A stretch of 64,000 bases of DNA, taken from the IMG/VR virus record IMGVR_UViG_2845838682_000001; one strand, 5' to 3'. The translations under genes were made by a program, and so were the position numbers. The DNA is from a virus. Its lineage: Duplodnaviria; Caudoviricetes. The notes beneath the pieces were generated by a model, which did no database searches, was not told the origin of the DNA, and saw only the letters and a program-made list of their open reading frames with translations. Positions within the stretch are counted from its first letter, which is position 1. Every line of letters starts with the position of its first letter. Positions 54,112 through 62,480 of this stretch are shown here, piece after piece.

Positions 54112-54486
54112 TTACTGGCAGGCGGCGCGCAGCTGGTCGGACATGGCGGCGGTGGCGGTGCCGGCGATGCCGCCGACGTAGGCGCGGCCCTGCGTGGGGA
54201 CGAGGACGGTGCGCAAGGCGCCGGCGGCCTCGACCTCGATGACGTGGCCGTCCGAGAGCGCGATGGCGTGTCCGGCGCCGGCCGCGGTGACGGCCGCGCG
54301 GTAGGCGACCGAGCCGATGGTGGGCAGGCCCTCCAGGACGCCGATGACCATGTCGGCGTATTCGGTGTCGAAGCTGGTGAGGTTGGCGTAGATGTCGGCG
54401 CGCTGGACGGCGTCGAGGCCGGTGAGGTCGCGCTCCGCGGTGAGCTGCTTGATGGTGAGGGTCTGGCCGCCGGTTGCCGTGTTCAT
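54112..54486 (-). CDS. Hypothetical protein
   Basis: RBS GGAGGG; first gene after promoter copy 3. Confidence 0.65.
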   Translation of the reverse strand: MNTATGGQTLTIKQLTAERDLTGLDAVQRADIYANLTSFDTEYADMVIGVLEGLPTIGSVAYRAAVTAAGAGHAIALSDGHVIEVEAAGALRTVLVPTQGRAYVGGIAGTATAAMSDQLRAACQ

Positions 54487-54517
54487 TTCGCCCTCCGGGT
54501 GGTTGCTGCGTTCTTTC

Positions 54518-54556
54518 TTATATCTTTATCATAATAAACCTCTTTTCAGATAGCAA
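54518..54556 (-). promoter_or_regulatory. Conserved promoter, copy 3 (TTGCTA-N17-TATGAT-AAAGATATAA)
   Basis: -35 at 54551-54556, -10 at 54528-54533. Confidence 0.85.
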
Positions 54557-54629
54557 GAATTCGCGGGGGAAATTCCCCTCGAATTCGGTCCCGCAGGCGC
54601 GCTGACCTGCGGATCCGCGAAGGAGGGGG

Positions 54630-55196
54630 TCAGCCGGCGTTGCGTTCCCACTGGGCGCGGTTGAAGGCCGCGGTCCGCCCGTACACCCCGCCCAAACCCT
54701 CCTGGAGGTCCGGGCCGTGGCCGTTGCAGACGACCTCCACCTCCCGGGAGAACCCGCCGTCGGTGCGCACCGCCACCGCCTGCAACGTGACCAAGGTCGA
54801 ACCGCGCAGGCGGGCGCGCGCCGGCGCCCGCACGTAGCCCACGAAGAACCCCTTCTTCGCGTCGGTCGCCTTGGCCGTAGCGGGGTCGCGGGCCTGCGAC
54901 TCGCGGAACCAGCCGGTGAACCGGCCGCGCGGGTCGTCGTCGGGCAGCAGCCCCCACGCCGGCCCGTAGCGGGTGTCGACCGCCTTGGCGGGCACCAGGA
55001 CGCCCTCCAGGTCGAACACGGCGAGGAACACGGCGGTGCCGCCAGCCTCCTCGATGGCGGCCTGCAATTCGAGCTCGTCGCCGAGGCGCTGGGCGCACCA
55101 CTGGGACAGGAACCCGTCGGTGTCGCACCGCTCGAAGCTCGCGGCGGCTTCGCGGCGCTGCTGCGCGGCCTGCTCGCGCAGGGACTGTGCGGACAT
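54630..55196 (-). CDS. Actinophage hypothetical protein
   Basis: RBS AGGAGG; SFERCDTDGFLSQW motif. Confidence 0.7.
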   Translation of the reverse strand: MSAQSLREQAAQQRREAAASFERCDTDGFLSQWCAQRLGDELELQAAIEEAGGTAVFLAVFDLEGVLVPAKAVDTRYGPAWGLLPDDDPRGRFTGWFRESQARDPATAKATDAKKGFFVGYVRAPARARLRGSTLVTLQAVAVRTDGGFSREVEVVCNGHGPDLQEGLGGVYGRTAAFNRAQWERNAG

Positions 55197-55285
55197 GGTG
55201 AACCTCCTGGGGTCATGTGTGGGGGGTGTGCGCGTATGGGTCGGCCCCGGACACCGCGGGGTGTCCGGGGCCGGTGGGCGGGGGG

Positions 55286-55420
55286 TCAGGCCGCGATGGT
55301 GTCGCAGCGGCCGGCGTGGATACCGGGGGTGCCGGCGCAGTAGTGGCACAGGGCGGTCTCGACGTCGCCGACGTCGAAGGTGGCGACGGCCTCCCGGGCG
55401 TTGCAGTTTTCGCAGTCCAT
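55286..55420 (-). CDS. Small Zn-finger protein (not in ORF track)
   Basis: 44 aa MDCENCNARE...LCHYC; RBS GGAAGG. Confidence 0.55.
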   Translation of the reverse strand: MDCENCNAREAVATFDVGDVETALCHYCAGTPGIHAGRCDTIAA

Positions 55421-55486
55421 GGCTCGGGTCCTTCCGTTGGGGCGGGTGTGGGTTGCGGCCCGCCCCCGGTGGGGCGGGCGGGTCGG

Positions 55487-55666
55487 TCAGAGGTCGCGGC
55501 GCCAGGTGCGCTTCTCGGCGGCGCGCTGGCGGCGCCGGCGAAGCTTGGCGGCCTTCCGGCCGTGCTGGCCGGGCAGCAGGTAGCAGGTGCAGCCGCGGTT
55601 GGCGTAGGCGCAAACCTGGCGGTGGCCGGGGTCGACGCGGCCGAGGAGGGGCGTGGTGGAGGCCAT
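55487..55666 (-). CDS. Small basic Cys protein (not in ORF track)
   Basis: 59 aa MASTTPLLGRV...CTC...RAAEKRTWRRDL; RBS GGAG; after promoter copy 4. Confidence 0.55.
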   Translation of the reverse strand: MASTTPLLGRVDPGHRQVCAYANRGCTCYLLPGQHGRKAAKLRRRRQRAAEKRTWRRDL

Positions 55667-55704
55667 GGCGATTCTCCGTTCCGAGTGGTTTATTGCTTGA
55701 TTGC

Positions 55705-55743
55705 TTATATCTTAATCATAATAATCACCCGTTTAAATAGCAA
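55705..55743 (-). promoter_or_regulatory. Conserved promoter, copy 4 (TTGCTA-N17-TATGAT-TAAGATATAA)
   Basis: -35 at 55738-55743, -10 at 55715-55720. Confidence 0.85.
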
Positions 55744-55825
55744 GTGTTCGGTGTGATTTTTGCAGGAAATTCGCGCATTTCTCGAAGGGAATTCTGCGCC
55801 TGGGAATGGGGCCGCACACAGAGGC

Positions 55826-55857
55826 CGGCCCCGCAAGGTATCCACCTTGCGGGGCCG
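55826..55857 (-). terminator. Terminator hairpin
   Basis: CGGCCCCGCAAGG / CCTTGCGGGGCCG 13-bp stem. Confidence 0.7.
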
Positions 55858-55874
55858 AGGGAGGGGAGCGGGTG

Positions 55875-56261
55875 TCAGGCCCACACGACGGCGGCGCCGT
55901 GGTCGCGCGCCCACGCGGCGACCTCAGCGAGCTGCTGCAGCCGCTCGGCCAGGTAGCCGGGGCGGCGGCCGCAGTCGATCACGTTGCCGTCGCGCACCAT
56001 GGGGCGCCCGTTGGCGTCGTCGGTGGCGACGTCCAGCAGCGCCGTGGCGGTCAGCACCCGCCCGAGGATGTCCTCGGCGGGCGCGATGCCGGCCAGCTCG
56101 TCGTGGAGCACGATCCCGAGCGGGCCGACGGCGTCCGGCGCGTCGGCGTGCTGCTCGGGGCGCAGGCCGAGCAGCCGCAGCAGCGTGGCCGCGTTGGCGT
56201 TGGACACGGCGAGGTCGGGGCCGTCCTCGTCGTGGTCCTCGGGGAAGAAGGTGACCGACAT
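55875..56261 (-). CDS. Hypothetical protein
   Basis: RBS AAGGAG; VSNANAATLLRLLG family. Confidence 0.7.
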   Translation of the reverse strand: MSVTFFPEDHDEDGPDLAVSNANAATLLRLLGLRPEQHADAPDAVGPLGIVLHDELAGIAPAEDILGRVLTATALLDVATDDANGRPMVRDGNVIDCGRRPGYLAERLQQLAEVAAWARDHGAAVVWA

Positions 56262-56277
56262 CGGGCTGTCTCCTTAA

Positions 56278-56661
56278 TCAGGCGGCCAGGGTGAACGTGC
56301 GCGCCGGCGCGGTGGGGGCCAGGCGGGCGGCGGTGAGGATCTGCACGGCCGCGGTGTGCCAGCAGCGGGTGCCGCGGACGCCGGCCTGGCAGGTGCAGTG
56401 GTGGGCGGTGGCGCGGTGGGTGCGGGTGCCGTCGGCGGAGACGACGAGGTGGATGCCGTCGCGGTAGTGGACGAGGGCGCCGTCTTCGATCGCCTCGGTG
56501 GCGGAGGCGATCTGGTGGTCCTTGTAGCCCTCCAGCGTGGCCTTCTCGGCGCGGATCTCGGCCCAGCAGCCTTTGCCGTAGCCGAGGCGGATGCTGCGGG
56601 CGGAGGTGAGGGGGCGGTGGCAGCGCCGGCAGGTGGCGGTGTGGGCGGTGCTGGTGGCCAT
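56278..56661 (-). CDS. DUF6011 + SWIM Zn-finger protein
   Basis: CRRCHRPLT...SIRLGYGKGCW; CTCQAG...CWH. Confidence 0.8.
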   Translation of the reverse strand: MATSTAHTATCRRCHRPLTSARSIRLGYGKGCWAEIRAEKATLEGYKDHQIASATEAIEDGALVHYRDGIHLVVSADGTRTHRATAHHCTCQAGVRGTRCWHTAAVQILTAARLAPTAPARTFTLAA

Positions 56662-56692
56662 CGCGGTCTCCCTCGGGGTGGTGCCTGACTGC

Positions 56693-56731
56693 TTATATCT
56701 AAATCATAATTCATTATGGTTCAGATATCAA
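56693..56731 (-). promoter_or_regulatory. Conserved promoter, copy 5 (TTGATA-N17-TATGAT-TTAGATATAA)
   Basis: -35 at 56726-56731, -10 at 56703-56708. Confidence 0.85.
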
Positions 56732-56765
56732 GAGGTGCGGGGGACAGGGGCGGACAGAAGTCGGC

Positions 56766-56802
56766 TCCCGCACCCGGTGCGGGCGCGGGGCCGGGTGCGG
56801 GA
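56766..56802 (-). terminator. Terminator hairpin
   Basis: TCCCGCACCCGG / CCGGGTGCGGGA. Confidence 0.65.
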
Positions 56803-57063
56803 TCAGAAGCCCATGATGTCGGTCAGCGAGAAGCGCACGCCGGCCTCTGCCGCGGCCTTCTCCGCCGCGGCGTAGGCCTCGTTGAACTTGCCGAGGTTGA
56901 TCCGCTTCGTGGCGTCGTCGGCGCCGGGGCTGTAGGTGGCCATGTACTGGTAGACCTCGCGGGCCTCTGTCAGGGCCTCCAGGAAGGTGCCGAGGGCGCC
57001 GGGGGCCTCGACCATCAGCATCTCGCCGGTGTTCTCGTCCTCGGCGAAGAACAGAGCGTCCAC
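56803..57063 (-). CDS. Hypothetical protein
   Basis: RBS GGGAGG; after promoter copy 6. Confidence 0.65.
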   Translation of the reverse strand: MDALFFAEDENTGEMLMVEAPGALGTFLEALTEAREVYQYMATYSPGADDATKRINLGKFNEAYAAAEKAAAEAGVRFSLTDIMGF

Positions 57064-57097
57064 GGTGCGCCTCCCAGGGGGTGAGTAACTTGCTTGC

Positions 57098-57136
57098 TTA
57101 TATCTTAATCATAATAGTTACCTATTCAGATATCAA
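57098..57136 (-). promoter_or_regulatory. Conserved promoter, copy 6 (TTGATA-N17-TATGAT-TAAGATATAA)
   Basis: -35 at 57131-57136, -10 at 57108-57113. Confidence 0.85.
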
Positions 57137-57171
57137 TGGATTGGTGGAGGGATTTCACCGAAAACACCAGG

Positions 57172-57387
57172 TCACAGGTACATTCCCAACGCTTCCATTG
57201 CCGCCTGGTACTCCCAGCACGGCCACTCCACGTGGTCGCCCTCCGCGTGGGAGATGTGGCACACCCGGCCTTGCGGGGTGTCCAGCGGCTGGTGGCCCCG
57301 GGTCAGCGCCCGCACCGCTGCGACCGCCCGGGAGGTGTCGCCCTCCTCCTCGATGCGCGCGAGTTCGGCCTCCAGCGCCGTCACCAT
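57172..57387 (-). CDS. Small hypothetical protein
   Basis: C-terminal C...WPC motif reminiscent of DUF6221-like ends. Confidence 0.5.
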   Translation of the reverse strand: MVTALEAELARIEEEGDTSRAVAAVRALTRGHQPLDTPQGRVCHISHAEGDHVEWPCWEYQAAMEALGMYL

Positions 57388-57785
57388 CGCTTCCCCCGGC
57401 TGGTGGCGTGGCAGTGGCCGCACACCATCCACGGCCACCGGCGGACCCGCTCCGTGCGGCCGCAGCCGGTGCAGCGCCCGCGCAGAACCTCCCGCGCGCC
57501 GACCTTGGGCATGGCCCCGGCCAGGGCGGCGCCGGTATCGGTCGCCAGCGCGGTCACCGCCTCCAGGCCGGCGCCGCAGCAGCGCGACGCCTCCGCCCGG
57601 TACCCGTTCTGGTCGGCGCCCCATCCGCCGGCGGGCGGCTGGGCCCACTCCAACACGCCCTCGACCGCCAGGGCGCCCGTCTGGTGGCAGCGGGCGCACG
57701 TCTCGTCGGGCAGGGGGAAGGTGTAGGGGGAGGGGGCGCGGTCGGGCGGAGGCACCTGCACGTCCTCGCTGTGGTGGTTGCTCAT
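57381..57785 (-). CDS. Multi-CxxC Zn-finger protein
   Basis: CARC, CC, CTGC, CGHC. Confidence 0.6.
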   Translation of the reverse strand: MSNHHSEDVQVPPPDRAPSPYTFPLPDETCARCHQTGALAVEGVLEWAQPPAGGWGADQNGYRAEASRCCGAGLEAVTALATDTGAALAGAMPKVGAREVLRGRCTGCGRTERVRRWPWMVCGHCHATSRGKRW

Positions 57786-57849
57786 GGCTGTCACCTTCTA
57801 TTCGTGGTCGGGGCCCCGGCCCCACGGCAGGGGCCGGGGCGGTCGGGGG

Positions 57850-58779
57850 TCAGGCCGCCGGCTCCTCACCGGCGGCCTCGTCCAGGTCGGGGGAGGCGCC
57901 GGAGGCGGCCATCGCCGCCGCCTTGCGCAGCACCGACTCCGCCTTGCCAGCCGCCTCGCGCAGCGCGGCGATGCGCTGCTGGTACACCCCGGGGCCGGCG
58001 GCGCCGGTCAGCACCCGCGCCAGCTCGGCCGGGTCCGCCTGGGCCAGCTCGTGCAGGATTCCGCCCGCGGACGCCAACCGGTCCACCTGGGAGGTGACCT
58101 GCGCGCGCCGCTTGCGGATCTGCTTCTTCTCCTCCTCGGAGGGCTCGTCGACGTCGAACATGACGCCCTGGTCCTCCAGCTCCCGGCGGGTCTGGGCGAA
58201 CGCTTCGGCGTCGCGGAAGTTGGTGAACTCGCCCTTGATCCACTTGTTGAGGACCAGGCGCTGCCCCTCGGAGGTGAGGCGGCAGACGTAGCCGGCCAGC
58301 CCCGTGGGCAGGTGCTGCTTGTCGAGGGCCTCGCGGGCGGGGCCGATCAGGTTCAGCAGCGGCAGCCGCCAGGTGATGTAGGCGACCGTCTTGCCGACGG
58401 CTGTGGCCACCTCTTCGGTGGTCATGCCGTGCTCGTCGATCAGCTTTGCGAAGGCTTCGGCCTCCTCCATGGGGGTCATGTCGGCGCGTGCGGAGTTCTC
58501 CACCACCGACTCCAGGAAGGTGGATCCGGTGCCGTGCTCGACGACGGCCAGCAGCTCGGTGAGGCCCGCGCGGTGGGCGGCGCGCCACCGCCGCTCACCC
58601 ATGATCAGCGTGTAGCGGCGGCTCGCGCGGTCGTAGCGCACCCGCACCGGCTGCTGCTGGCCGACCGCGGCCAGGGAGCCGGCGAGCTTGTCCAGTTCGG
58701 TCTCGTCGAAGTGCTGGCGGGGCTGGGCGGGATCGCGGTCGATGCGGTCGAGCGGGATGGTCTTCTGCGTGGCGGCCAT
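57850..58779 (-). CDS. ParB/RepB/Spo0J-family protein
   Basis: IPLDRIDRDPAQPRQHF, GQQQPVRV, IMGERRWRAA, VVEN..RADMTPMEEA, HTH. Confidence 0.9.
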   Translation of the reverse strand: MAATQKTIPLDRIDRDPAQPRQHFDETELDKLAGSLAAVGQQQPVRVRYDRASRRYTLIMGERRWRAAHRAGLTELLAVVEHGTGSTFLESVVENSARADMTPMEEAEAFAKLIDEHGMTTEEVATAVGKTVAYITWRLPLLNLIGPAREALDKQHLPTGLAGYVCRLTSEGQRLVLNKWIKGEFTNFRDAEAFAQTRRELEDQGVMFDVDEPSEEEKKQIRKRRAQVTSQVDRLASAGGILHELAQADPAELARVLTGAAGPGVYQQRIAALREAAGKAESVLRKAAAMAASGASPDLDEAAGEEPAA

Positions 58780-58873
58780 GGCGGGGTCCCTTCTGTGCGG
58801 GCGTGGTCGGAGAGGAGAGGGAGGGTGAGGGGGGCGGCGGCGCCCCACCGCGGGGCGCCGCCAGGGCGGGTGG

Positions 58874-59188
58874 TTAGAACAGGGCGGCCGCCCGGACCAG
58901 AGCGCGGACCTGGGTGTCGTGGCGCTCGATGAGGGCATCCAGGTTGTCGGCCTGCTTCTCGTCCGGGGCGGTGATGGCGGAGGCCTGCTCGTCGGGGCCG
59001 GAGTTCAGGGTGGCGTTGATGCGGTCGGCGGTGCGGGTGAGGCGCTCGGCGGCGGCGCGGAGGCGGTTCTCGGTGTCGACGAGGTCGGTGACGAGGGTGT
59101 TGAGGAGATGGGCGGCGGCCCGGTTGGTGCCGGCGAGGTCGAAGATGTCGATGTCCTTGCCGGTGTACTTGCGGATGATGTCCTGCAT
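58874..59188 (-). CDS. Coiled-coil hypothetical protein
   Basis: RBS GGGAGG; after promoter copy 7. Confidence 0.65.
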   Translation of the reverse strand: MQDIIRKYTGKDIDIFDLAGTNRAAAHLLNTLVTDLVDTENRLRAAAERLTRTADRINATLNSGPDEQASAITAPDEKQADNLDALIERHDTQVRALVRAAALF

Positions 59189-59223
59189 TTCTGCCTCCCG
59201 GGTGTTTGGGTTGCCGTTCTTTG

Positions 59224-59262
59224 TTATATCTAAATCATAATTCAATATGAATCAAATAGCAA
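59224..59262 (-). promoter_or_regulatory. Conserved promoter, copy 7 (TTGCTA-N17-TATGAT-TTAGATATAA)
   Basis: -35 at 59257-59262, -10 at 59234-59239. Confidence 0.85.
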
Positions 59263-59305
59263 TTGGGGGAGGGGAATTGTCCGAACGAATTTCCCTTCCC
59301 CGCGG

Positions 59306-59629
59306 TCAGCGGCTCACATCAGCGCCTCCGGCGCGGTGCACCGGGTGGCCCCGCTCGCCGTCCCGATCCACCTCCCGGCACCTCTCGCACTCCTGAGGAC
59401 AGCGCACGCGGCAGGCGACCATGTGCGCGCACAGCCCACACACCGGATTCACCTTCGGGCTCGCCCACCACCCGCTGACGGCGTGGGCGCACTCCATCCG
59501 CGCCGGCAGGTAGAGCCACCCGCACAGGGTGTACGCGCACAGGGCGCCGCGGCCGCCACCGAGGTCCACCCAGTGCTCGTATCCGGTGATGATGTGCTTG
59601 ACCTCGCCGGACTCGCGGTCGATCGGCAT
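59306..59629 (-). CDS. Cys-rich Zn-binding protein
   Basis: Multiple CxxxC/CxxC motifs. Confidence 0.55.
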   Translation of the reverse strand: MPIDRESGEVKHIITGYEHWVDLGGGRGALCAYTLCGWLYLPARMECAHAVSGWWASPKVNPVCGLCAHMVACRVRCPQECERCREVDRDGERGHPVHRAGGADVSR

Positions 59630-59994
59630 CACGCGCCCTCCTCGCCCACGCCCAGCTCCGCCAGGCGCGCCACCAGTTCGCCGCGCAGCCCGAGCGTTTC
59701 GGGGTCGGCCTCGTCCTCCAGGGCGTGCAGCTCCTCGGTCAGCGCCACCGCCTCGCTCACCCGGTCGATGGCCGTGCACGCGGTCTCGTAGGCGATCTGG
59801 AGGATGAGGCGGCCGAAGGTGTGGGCCACCACGGTGCTGGAGCCCAGCCCCTCGGCCTGGGCCGCCCAGTCGGCTGCGGCCTTGGGCGCGGCCGTGTGCA
59901 GGCTGTAGCCGGCCTCCACGTAGGACCGCAGGTGCAGGCGGGCCTTGTCGGCCAGCTCTTCAGGGACGGCGTCGAGGTTCGCGAAGCGTGCCAC
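59629..59994 (-). CDS. Hypothetical protein
   Basis: RBS AAGGAG; 121 aa. Confidence 0.6.
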   Translation of the reverse strand: MARFANLDAVPEELADKARLHLRSYVEAGYSLHTAAPKAAADWAAQAEGLGSSTVVAHTFGRLILQIAYETACTAIDRVSEAVALTEELHALEDEADPETLGLRGELVARLAELGVGEEGA

Positions 59995-60073
59995 GTGTGC
60001 TCCTTCGGGTCGGTGAACAGAGGAAGAGGAGGGGGAGGGGCCCCGCCCGCTGCGTGCGGGCGGGGCCGGTGCG

Positions 60074-60355
60074 CTACCAGTCGAGCGCCTCGGAGGCGAC
60101 GCCGGGCAGGTGCCCGAGCTGGGCGCCCTCGCCGATGTAGACCACCCCCGGCGGCTCCTCGTCCTCGGCGACGCCGGGCTCGGAGCCGGTGGAGGGGGCG
60201 GGGTCGATCTCGGCGACGCCCACCCGGCCGACGCTGTACTCGAACGGCCAGGAAGGCGACTGCGCCAGCCGGACGGGTGCGTCCAGGCCGGCGCCGGCCT
60301 CCTCGGCCGCCGCCTGCAGGGTCGCGATCAGGTCGCGCACGGTCATCTCGTCCAT
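60074..60355 (-). CDS. Hypothetical protein
   Basis: MTVRDLIA.L...VRLAQSPSWPFEY actinomycete family. Confidence 0.7.
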   Translation of the reverse strand: MDEMTVRDLIATLQAAAEEAGAGLDAPVRLAQSPSWPFEYSVGRVGVAEIDPAPSTGSEPGVAEDEEPPGVVYIGEGAQLGHLPGVASEALDW

Positions 60356-60418
60356 GACGGATTCCCCTTCTTCCTCTATTCAGAAATCAACCGGTACGGA
60401 ATATCCGAACCGTCTTTG

Positions 60419-60457
60419 TTATATCCTAATCATAATAACTACCTATCAGGATAGCAA
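60419..60457 (-). promoter_or_regulatory. Conserved promoter, copy 8 (TTGCTA-N17-TATGAT-TAGGATATAA)
   Basis: -35 at 60452-60457, -10 at 60429-60434. Confidence 0.85.
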
Positions 60458-60552
60458 TAGGAATGGAAGGGGAAATTCAAGATTTTCGCAGGTCACAGGA
60501 GTGAAGGGGTGTCGGTGTCGCTATCCGTGTAGCGACCGTTTATGATCGAGAT

Positions 60553-60969
60553 ATGACCACGAGTGAGAAGGACACCGCGCTAGCCACCATCGGCCGCATC
60601 CACGACGACCGCGCCCGCCTCGCCGACGAAGAGGTCGCCGCCGTCTCCACCGCCCGCCACCACACCACCGCCTGGCGCATCATCGCCGACGCCCTCGGCA
60701 TGGCCCAACCCAACGCCGTCCGAAAATTCGGCAAGCGCCTGGCCACCCCCGGCGAGGCCGGCGACCCCGACCAGGCCCTCAGCGCCCTGCGACGCATCCA
60801 AACCGACCGCGAACACCTCGCCGACGAGGAGCTGCACGCCGTCGCCGCCGCCCGCACCCACGGCGCCACCTGGGACGAGATCGCCGCCCGCATGGGCCGC
60901 AAAACCCCCAACGTGCAGGTGTCGTTCGCGCCCAAGCTCACCACCACCACGACCGTCGCCGACGAGTAG
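60553..60969 (+). CDS. Tandem-duplicated HTH regulator
   Basis: Two repeats: LADEE.AAV.AAR....W..IA..LG/MG; divergent from promoter copy 8. Confidence 0.75.
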   Translation: MTTSEKDTALATIGRIHDDRARLADEEVAAVSTARHHTTAWRIIADALGMAQPNAVRKFGKRLATPGEAGDPDQALSALRRIQTDREHLADEELHAVAAARTHGATWDEIAARMGRKTPNVQVSFAPKLTTTTTVADE

Positions 60970-61028
60970 CCGACCACCGCTGCGGCTGTGACCCTTCCCC
61001 GGCCGATCCCGACCCCGCAGCCCGGCTC

Positions 61029-61730
61029 TCAGCGCCGCAGCACCTGGGCGTAGCAGCGGCACCGGAAATGCGCCGGCGGCCGCCCGGAGAACGCCTCCCA
61101 GTCCACCTCCCGGAGGGTGAAGCGCTCCCTGCTGCCGATCACCCGGCCGTGGGCGGGCCGGCAGATCGGGCACACCCGTTCGTCGCGGCGCGTGTACCAC
61201 TTCAGGTCGTAGGCGAAGAGGGCGGCGTACCAGGCCCGTCCTGCCGTGTGGGCGCGGGTGATCGCGGTCGCGGTGACGTTCCACACCCGGCTGGCGGTCT
61301 GCTGCACCGCCAGGGCGGGTTCGACGGCGCGCGGCCCGGTCTCCACGTGCAGCCCGCTCGTGGTGATGATGAAGCGGACGTCTTGGCGCAGGTCGACGTC
61401 CGCGGTGAGGTTCGCGGTCTGCGTGTCGTCGGGGATGCCGTCCTGTTCGCGCCCGTCGGGCGGGGGCGCCTCGGTGCGGGCGCCGGCGGCGCCGATGCGC
61501 ACCGCCTGGCGGGCGGCGTTGGTCGCGGTGTCGGTGAGGGCGGCGCGGGCCTCGCGCAGCAGGCGGGCGACCCGGCCGCGCTGGCGGGTGCGGTCGAGGG
61601 GGGTGCGGGGGTTCTGCTCGGCCGCGCGCTGGGCCGGGACCAGGTGGCGTTCGATGTCCTCGCGGGTGGCCTCCTCCATGGCGTTGAGGTCGGGCGTGGT
61701 GTCGTCGGGCTCGGGCAGCGGCATCGCCAT
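61029..61730 (-). CDS. MuF/phage minor head protein-like
   Basis: KWYTRRDERVCPIC...PPAHFRCRC. Confidence 0.8.
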   Translation of the reverse strand: MAMPLPEPDDTTPDLNAMEEATREDIERHLVPAQRAAEQNPRTPLDRTRQRGRVARLLREARAALTDTATNAARQAVRIGAAGARTEAPPPDGREQDGIPDDTQTANLTADVDLRQDVRFIITTSGLHVETGPRAVEPALAVQQTASRVWNVTATAITRAHTAGRAWYAALFAYDLKWYTRRDERVCPICRPAHGRVIGSRERFTLREVDWEAFSGRPPAHFRCRCYAQVLRR

Positions 61731-61746
61731 GGCTGTTTCCTCCGGA

Positions 61747-62190
61747 TCAGTCGTCGCCGTCGTCGATCTGGTTGATGATGTGGCGATACCGGGCGGTGGA
61801 GTACTCCAGCAGGCCGAGGATGCGGTGCGGCGGCATCTCGTCCTCGGGGCCCACGCGGAAGTTCACCGACATGCCTTTGTTCTCGGGGGCGAAGGACTCG
61901 GCGGCGCCGATGACGAGGAAGTCGGTGAGGTACCAGCCCTCCTCGATGGCCTCGCCGGTGGTCACGGTCCGGTCGAGGGCGGCGTGGATGCGGGCGTAGG
62001 GGCTCGGCGCCGGAGCGGGGGCCTCAGGCGGGTCGTCGGCGATGCCCCAGTGGGCGCGGCAGGTCATGCACACCACGTGGACTGGCCAGTCGGCCAGGTC
62101 GTCGTGGGTGCGGACGTTGATGACGTCGTAGGTGTGACCGGTGTCGCGGCATTCCTCAGCCGGCTCGGGGGCGGGGTGGGGTGTGGTCAT
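61747..62190 (-). CDS. Hypothetical protein (Zn ribbon + DUF7213-like end)
   Basis: C..GH...CMTC; PPHRILGLL. Confidence 0.6.
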   Translation of the reverse strand: MTTPHPAPEPAEECRDTGHTYDVINVRTHDDLADWPVHVVCMTCRAHWGIADDPPEAPAPAPSPYARIHAALDRTVTTGEAIEEGWYLTDFLVIGAAESFAPENKGMSVNFRVGPEDEMPPHRILGLLEYSTARYRHIINQIDDGDD

Positions 62191-62480
62191 GGATGGTCGT
62201 TTCTGTGGTCGGCGTGCTCTTGGGCGCGTTCGGATGCGCGGGCGATGCTGGTGGTCAGGGCGCGGAGAGCGAGGTGGGCGGGCCAGATGAGGCCGACGCC
62301 GATGGCGAAGCCGGCGTTGACGCGGCGCTGGTGAGCGATCCAGTCCAAGTTGCGGGAGCTGACCGGGAACCGTTTGATGTCGCGCGCGGTTTCTCGGGCG
62401 GCCCAGGTGGGTGCGACGCGGGCGAGGCCGTACCAGAGGTAGACGAAGACCAGGGCGAGGGCGATGGCCAGCGTGATCAT
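62187..62480 (-). CDS. Small membrane protein
   Basis: Two hydrophobic segments. Confidence 0.55.
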   Translation of the reverse strand: MITLAIALALVFVYLWYGLARVAPTWAARETARDIKRFPVSSRNLDWIAHQRRVNAGFAIGVGLIWPAHLALRALTTSIARASERAQEHADHRNDHP

